NCBI GenBank assembly: GCA_002269645.1
Contig: NIVC01003281.1
Coordinates: forward strand, 1-47,454
Reading direction: 5' to 3'
Length of the DNA: 47,454 nucleotides
DNA from: Macrostomum lignano
Lineage: Eukaryota
This document shows, piece after piece, positions 44,242 through 47,454 of this stretch; positions within the stretch are counted from its first letter, which is position 1, and the number at the start of each line of letters is the position of its first letter. The translations under genes and the position numbers were made by a program. The notes beneath the pieces were generated by a model, which worked only from the letters and a program-made list of their open reading frames with translations, had not been told where the DNA came from and did no database searches.

Positions 44242-45327
44242 GGGAGTACGACGTTTGCTTGCGGAAAGTTTGCTTGCCGAACTTTGCTTGCAGGAATTTT
44301 GCTTGCCGAACTTTGCTTGCCGAGCTTTGCTTGCGGAATTTTGCTTGCCGAACTTTGCTTGCCGAACTTTGCTTGCGGAATTTTGCCTGCCGAACTTTGC
44401 TTGCCGAACTTTGCTTGCGGAATTTTGCTTGCTGAAGTTTGCTTGCCGAACTTTGCTTGCCGAACTTTGCTTGCAGGAAATTTGCTTGCAGGAACTTTGC
44501 TTGCCGAACTTTGCTTGCGAAATTTTGATGTCTGCTTTCTAGAAATTTGCAATCACACAATCGCAAGGTTTTAACTTGCACAATTATTTTCTTGTTTGCT
44601 TGCTTGTTTTGATTGCTTGTAAAGTTGGTCAGTCAATTATTACTTACTACAGATGCTTTGCAAGTGGATTCTTATCAGGTTCGACGTAAACTGACTTGAC
44701 ACGAAGCTTTCAAACTAGGCTTATAGAGTTTCATTCTAAGAATGTAGTATATAGAATGCTTAGAGATTTAGTATAGGTAGATAGGGATCGGTAACAGTAT
44801 AAATCTTTGTAGTTCCTGAGTTCAGCACGATTGAGCAGGTATGATAATTGCAGTGATGCTAATGTATAATAATGCATATACTAATAATATTTTAGTATAT
44901 AAAATGCAGTTAATAATCCGCCATATCCTCATACAAAATCATAACACTATAGGCGACTTCCACGAATCTTAGAAAATGAAAATTAGAAATACAAGAGCTC
45001 AAAAATAGGTTTCTTTAAGGTCCCGCAAAACTTTGGCTGGCAAACCTCGCAAGAAAATTTCCTGCAAGCAAAGTTCGGCAAGCAAATTTCCTGCAAGCAA
45101 ACTTCGGCAAGCTTATGTGCAGCAAGCAAATTTCCTGCAAGCAAAATTCGGCAAGCGAAGTTCGGCAAGCAAAGTTCGGCAAGCAAAGCTCGGCAAGCAA
45201 ACTTCGGCAGGCAAAATTCCGCAAGCAAAGTTCGGCAAGCAGACTTCGGCAAGCAAATTTCCGCAAGCAAAAGTCCCGCAAGCAAACTTCGGCAAGCAAA
45301 CTTCTCGCAAGCAAATTTCATAGACCC
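44242..45327. mobile_element. Foldback-type non-autonomous DNA transposon, 1086 bp
   Basis: Inverted arms built from 14-15-bp repeats (TTGCTTGCCGAACT left, AGTTCGGCAAGCAA right). Imperfect termini GGG...TTTGCTTGCG. Perfect 8-bp TSD GTCTGAAG at 44234-44241 and 45328-45335. Confidence 0.85.
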
Positions 45328-46557
45328 GTCTGAAGCCTGGAGCGGTTCCATCCATCTTCCCGAATGCTCCCCTCTACTTGTCATCTGACGCTAACCATGG
45401 CTATATAAGCTCCAGTAAAGGGCGACAGCTGCCGGCTGGACATCCTCAGCTAGACTCTCAAACGTTCCTTCATCACCCCGACGCCGTCGGCTCCTTCAAC
45501 AAGATTTTTCATCATCCTTTACATTTTAAAGCTCCTAAAATTATTTTGCGCATTATATTCGGCGTAGACTCATATTACTGTATTTTTACATGCTCTTAAG
45601 GTATTGCTACTCGCTGGCTATTACTCGCACTTCTTTATTGGCAAGTTGTTTAGTCTACCTACCTGTTGAAACTCAAGAAACTCCGCTTGGGTGAAAGCCA
45701 GTAACCAACGAAGTCAGCGCTGATGCAAACACATGTAGTCAACATCCTGATGAAATCTGGTGGCTTGGAAGGGCCGCACTGCTTGACTGGAGACTTGGTT
45801 CTTGTTTGAGAAGGTGCGCAACAAAAAGTTAGCCCGGCGCAACAAAAAATTTTCTGGGGAATCCCCCCCCGGTAGTTCGACTATGGTATTCGACTAAAAT
45901 GGCTTCATTCGTATTCCTACTGTAAATTCCTTATTTTTAACAGTAATCACAATTAACTATGTACTTTGCATGTATTTTAATGCATGCATACATGTACATT
46001 TAGCTACAGTTTTGATCAAATTTCAGGTAATGGGGTATCGCACCATTCGCTCTTTTAGACGACATTTCGATCATGCACTAACTACGTCGCTTAAATAGTG
46101 ATGAAAATGCGAGACAAATTTTCCGCGTGTTGCATAGCCAGCAAGCCAGTGCGCAGCTATAAATAAACTTGTGCGAGTACGTTTGTTTATTTTGATTATT
46201 AAAGTTGCCGGAGAGTACTGTTGAGACTTTTAGATTCTAAATGAACGAAAAAATCGCTGTATAAAAGTTTATTAAGCGAATTTTTTATATGGACGCGATT
46301 TTTCGGAACTTAAAAATGGAAGCGAATAAGCAAACAGTGCTACTTTTTCTGGGTTTTGCTAGAAAATTTAAGGAGTGCAAAATAAAATAATTACTTGTAG
46401 GAGGTGCCTTGATGGATTGCTACAGAATATAGTACTACAACTATATACGAGTATCTTAGAGTAAGCGCGAATATACTTCGACTGTCAGGATTACATGAAT
46501 TAAGTCAGACTCCACTCATAAAAATGAAGTGCAGGTCATTATCGAAATAGCCGGCAC

Positions 46558-47387
46558 TCAATCCACAATCATGCGTCCTTTGCCGAAGTTCATTCCGGCC
46601 TGACTGGCGCCCTTGTTTGAAGCCCGCCTGCAGCCCAATAACCGACTTGCTGGCGTTCATCTGTCCTCGCTGAACTCCCGTTTGTTCTCCTCTGAAAGCT
46701 TTGGCCCAGCACCGGCCGCGTGAATTCTGGGTGCACCTGGCACTGAAAATTATTACTTCAATGCGTTAGTGAGCACTCAGTCCGTTTTCAGACATCTCAT
46801 AGTTATACCCACTATGGCTTAATTGTGACTCACCGTGCGGCCCAGAGCGAACAGGCACTGGGTAACCTGGCTGATGTCCTTCTTTTCGTACAGATCCACG
46901 GTCTGGAAAACATCAGTCGTGGGGACGCCGTAGGCCTTAATAGCATTCTGGAACGCATTGATGTTTCTCCATTATCTTGAAGGGCATGCTGTTGGCTTCA
47001 TTAATCTTCTTTACGCTGCCCGGCTTGATCTTGTTCATCAGCTTGCACAGCACGATGCCTGCAATGTCGTGAATGGTTTTTGATATTAAATAAAACAAAT
47101 GTTTAATGCACATGTAAATTTCACTTTTCGAATATCTCACCATTCTGCAGGATATTCTCATAGCCCTTATCTCTCTCTAGCTTCTCGCCAATAATAGCCT
47201 CAATCCAGTCGAGCACTTCAGCCTCCTGTCCTGGATCGCGCTTTCCATCAAGCTGCGGAGTGAACACATTCCCTTACATAAATTACTTTATGTAAGTCAG
47301 TCAACATAATAAAAAATGAAAATCCTGTGTTACAAACTTTTTTTTGATCTGGGCGCTCAAGCCGTATGCAAGACCCTGGTTTGACAT
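46558..47387 (-). CDS. Myophilin / Mp20-like calponin-family protein, 4 exons (47387-~47335, 47252-47141, 47058-46834, 46742-46558), with four 1-bp indels
   Basis: MSNQGLAYGLSAQIKKK/LDGKRDPGQEAEVLDWIEA...GIVLCKLMNKIKPGSVKKIN...PFKIMENINAF...DVFQTVDLYEKKDISQVTQCLFALGRT/CQVHPEF...GPKLSEENKREF...IGLQAG.NKGASQAGMNFG (CH domain plus calponin repeat). The indels lie in homopolymer runs. Confidence 0.9.
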
Positions 47388-47454
47388 GGCTGGCTTGACT
47401 AGACTGATATAGGCAATTTTCAGGATGGTGAAAGCAGCGAGATCAGGGCCACAG

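Noticed and set aside
44144-45384. Repeat proteins (QAKF/LLAE ORFs)
   Set aside because: Translations of the foldback element arms.

Overview
Eukaryotic (metazoan) genomic DNA. A myophilin/calponin gene closely resembling flatworm myophilins and short GT-AG introns suggest a flatworm, possibly Macrostomum (inference only). Two host genes are supported: a 7-exon clockwork orange-like bHLH-Orange gene (9590-11449, +) and a 4-exon myophilin/calponin gene (46558-47387, -). Almost all the rest is nested mobile DNA. (1) An endogenous Maverick/adintovirus-like virus at ~23.0-31.2 kb carries a pPolB C-terminus, adenain, packaging ATPase, core proteins, a beta-type major capsid protein and a penton. 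At ~30212 it is fused to a fragment of an alpha-type element (penton C-terminus, core protein, second major capsid protein). A second copy of the beta capsid module lies at 1-2825. (2) A TIR-bounded CMC/EnSpm-type transposon (14544-21626), with an intact transposase and a spliced DUF4806-like gene, is inserted into a P-element-type transposase remnant. (3) Two different RT-RNase H non-LTR retrotransposons (33304-36128 and 36217-40014) both sit in the same (CAG)n-GCGCTACAACCGG coding minisatellite. Removing them and one copy of each target-site duplication restores an in-frame 221-aa zinc-finger/polyQ ORF. This apparent shared target specificity is the most novel-looking signal in the window. 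Also present: a mariner relic, MITEs, a foldback element, a tRNA-derived SINE and several satellites. All family assignments come from motif recognition by eye; no database search was run.
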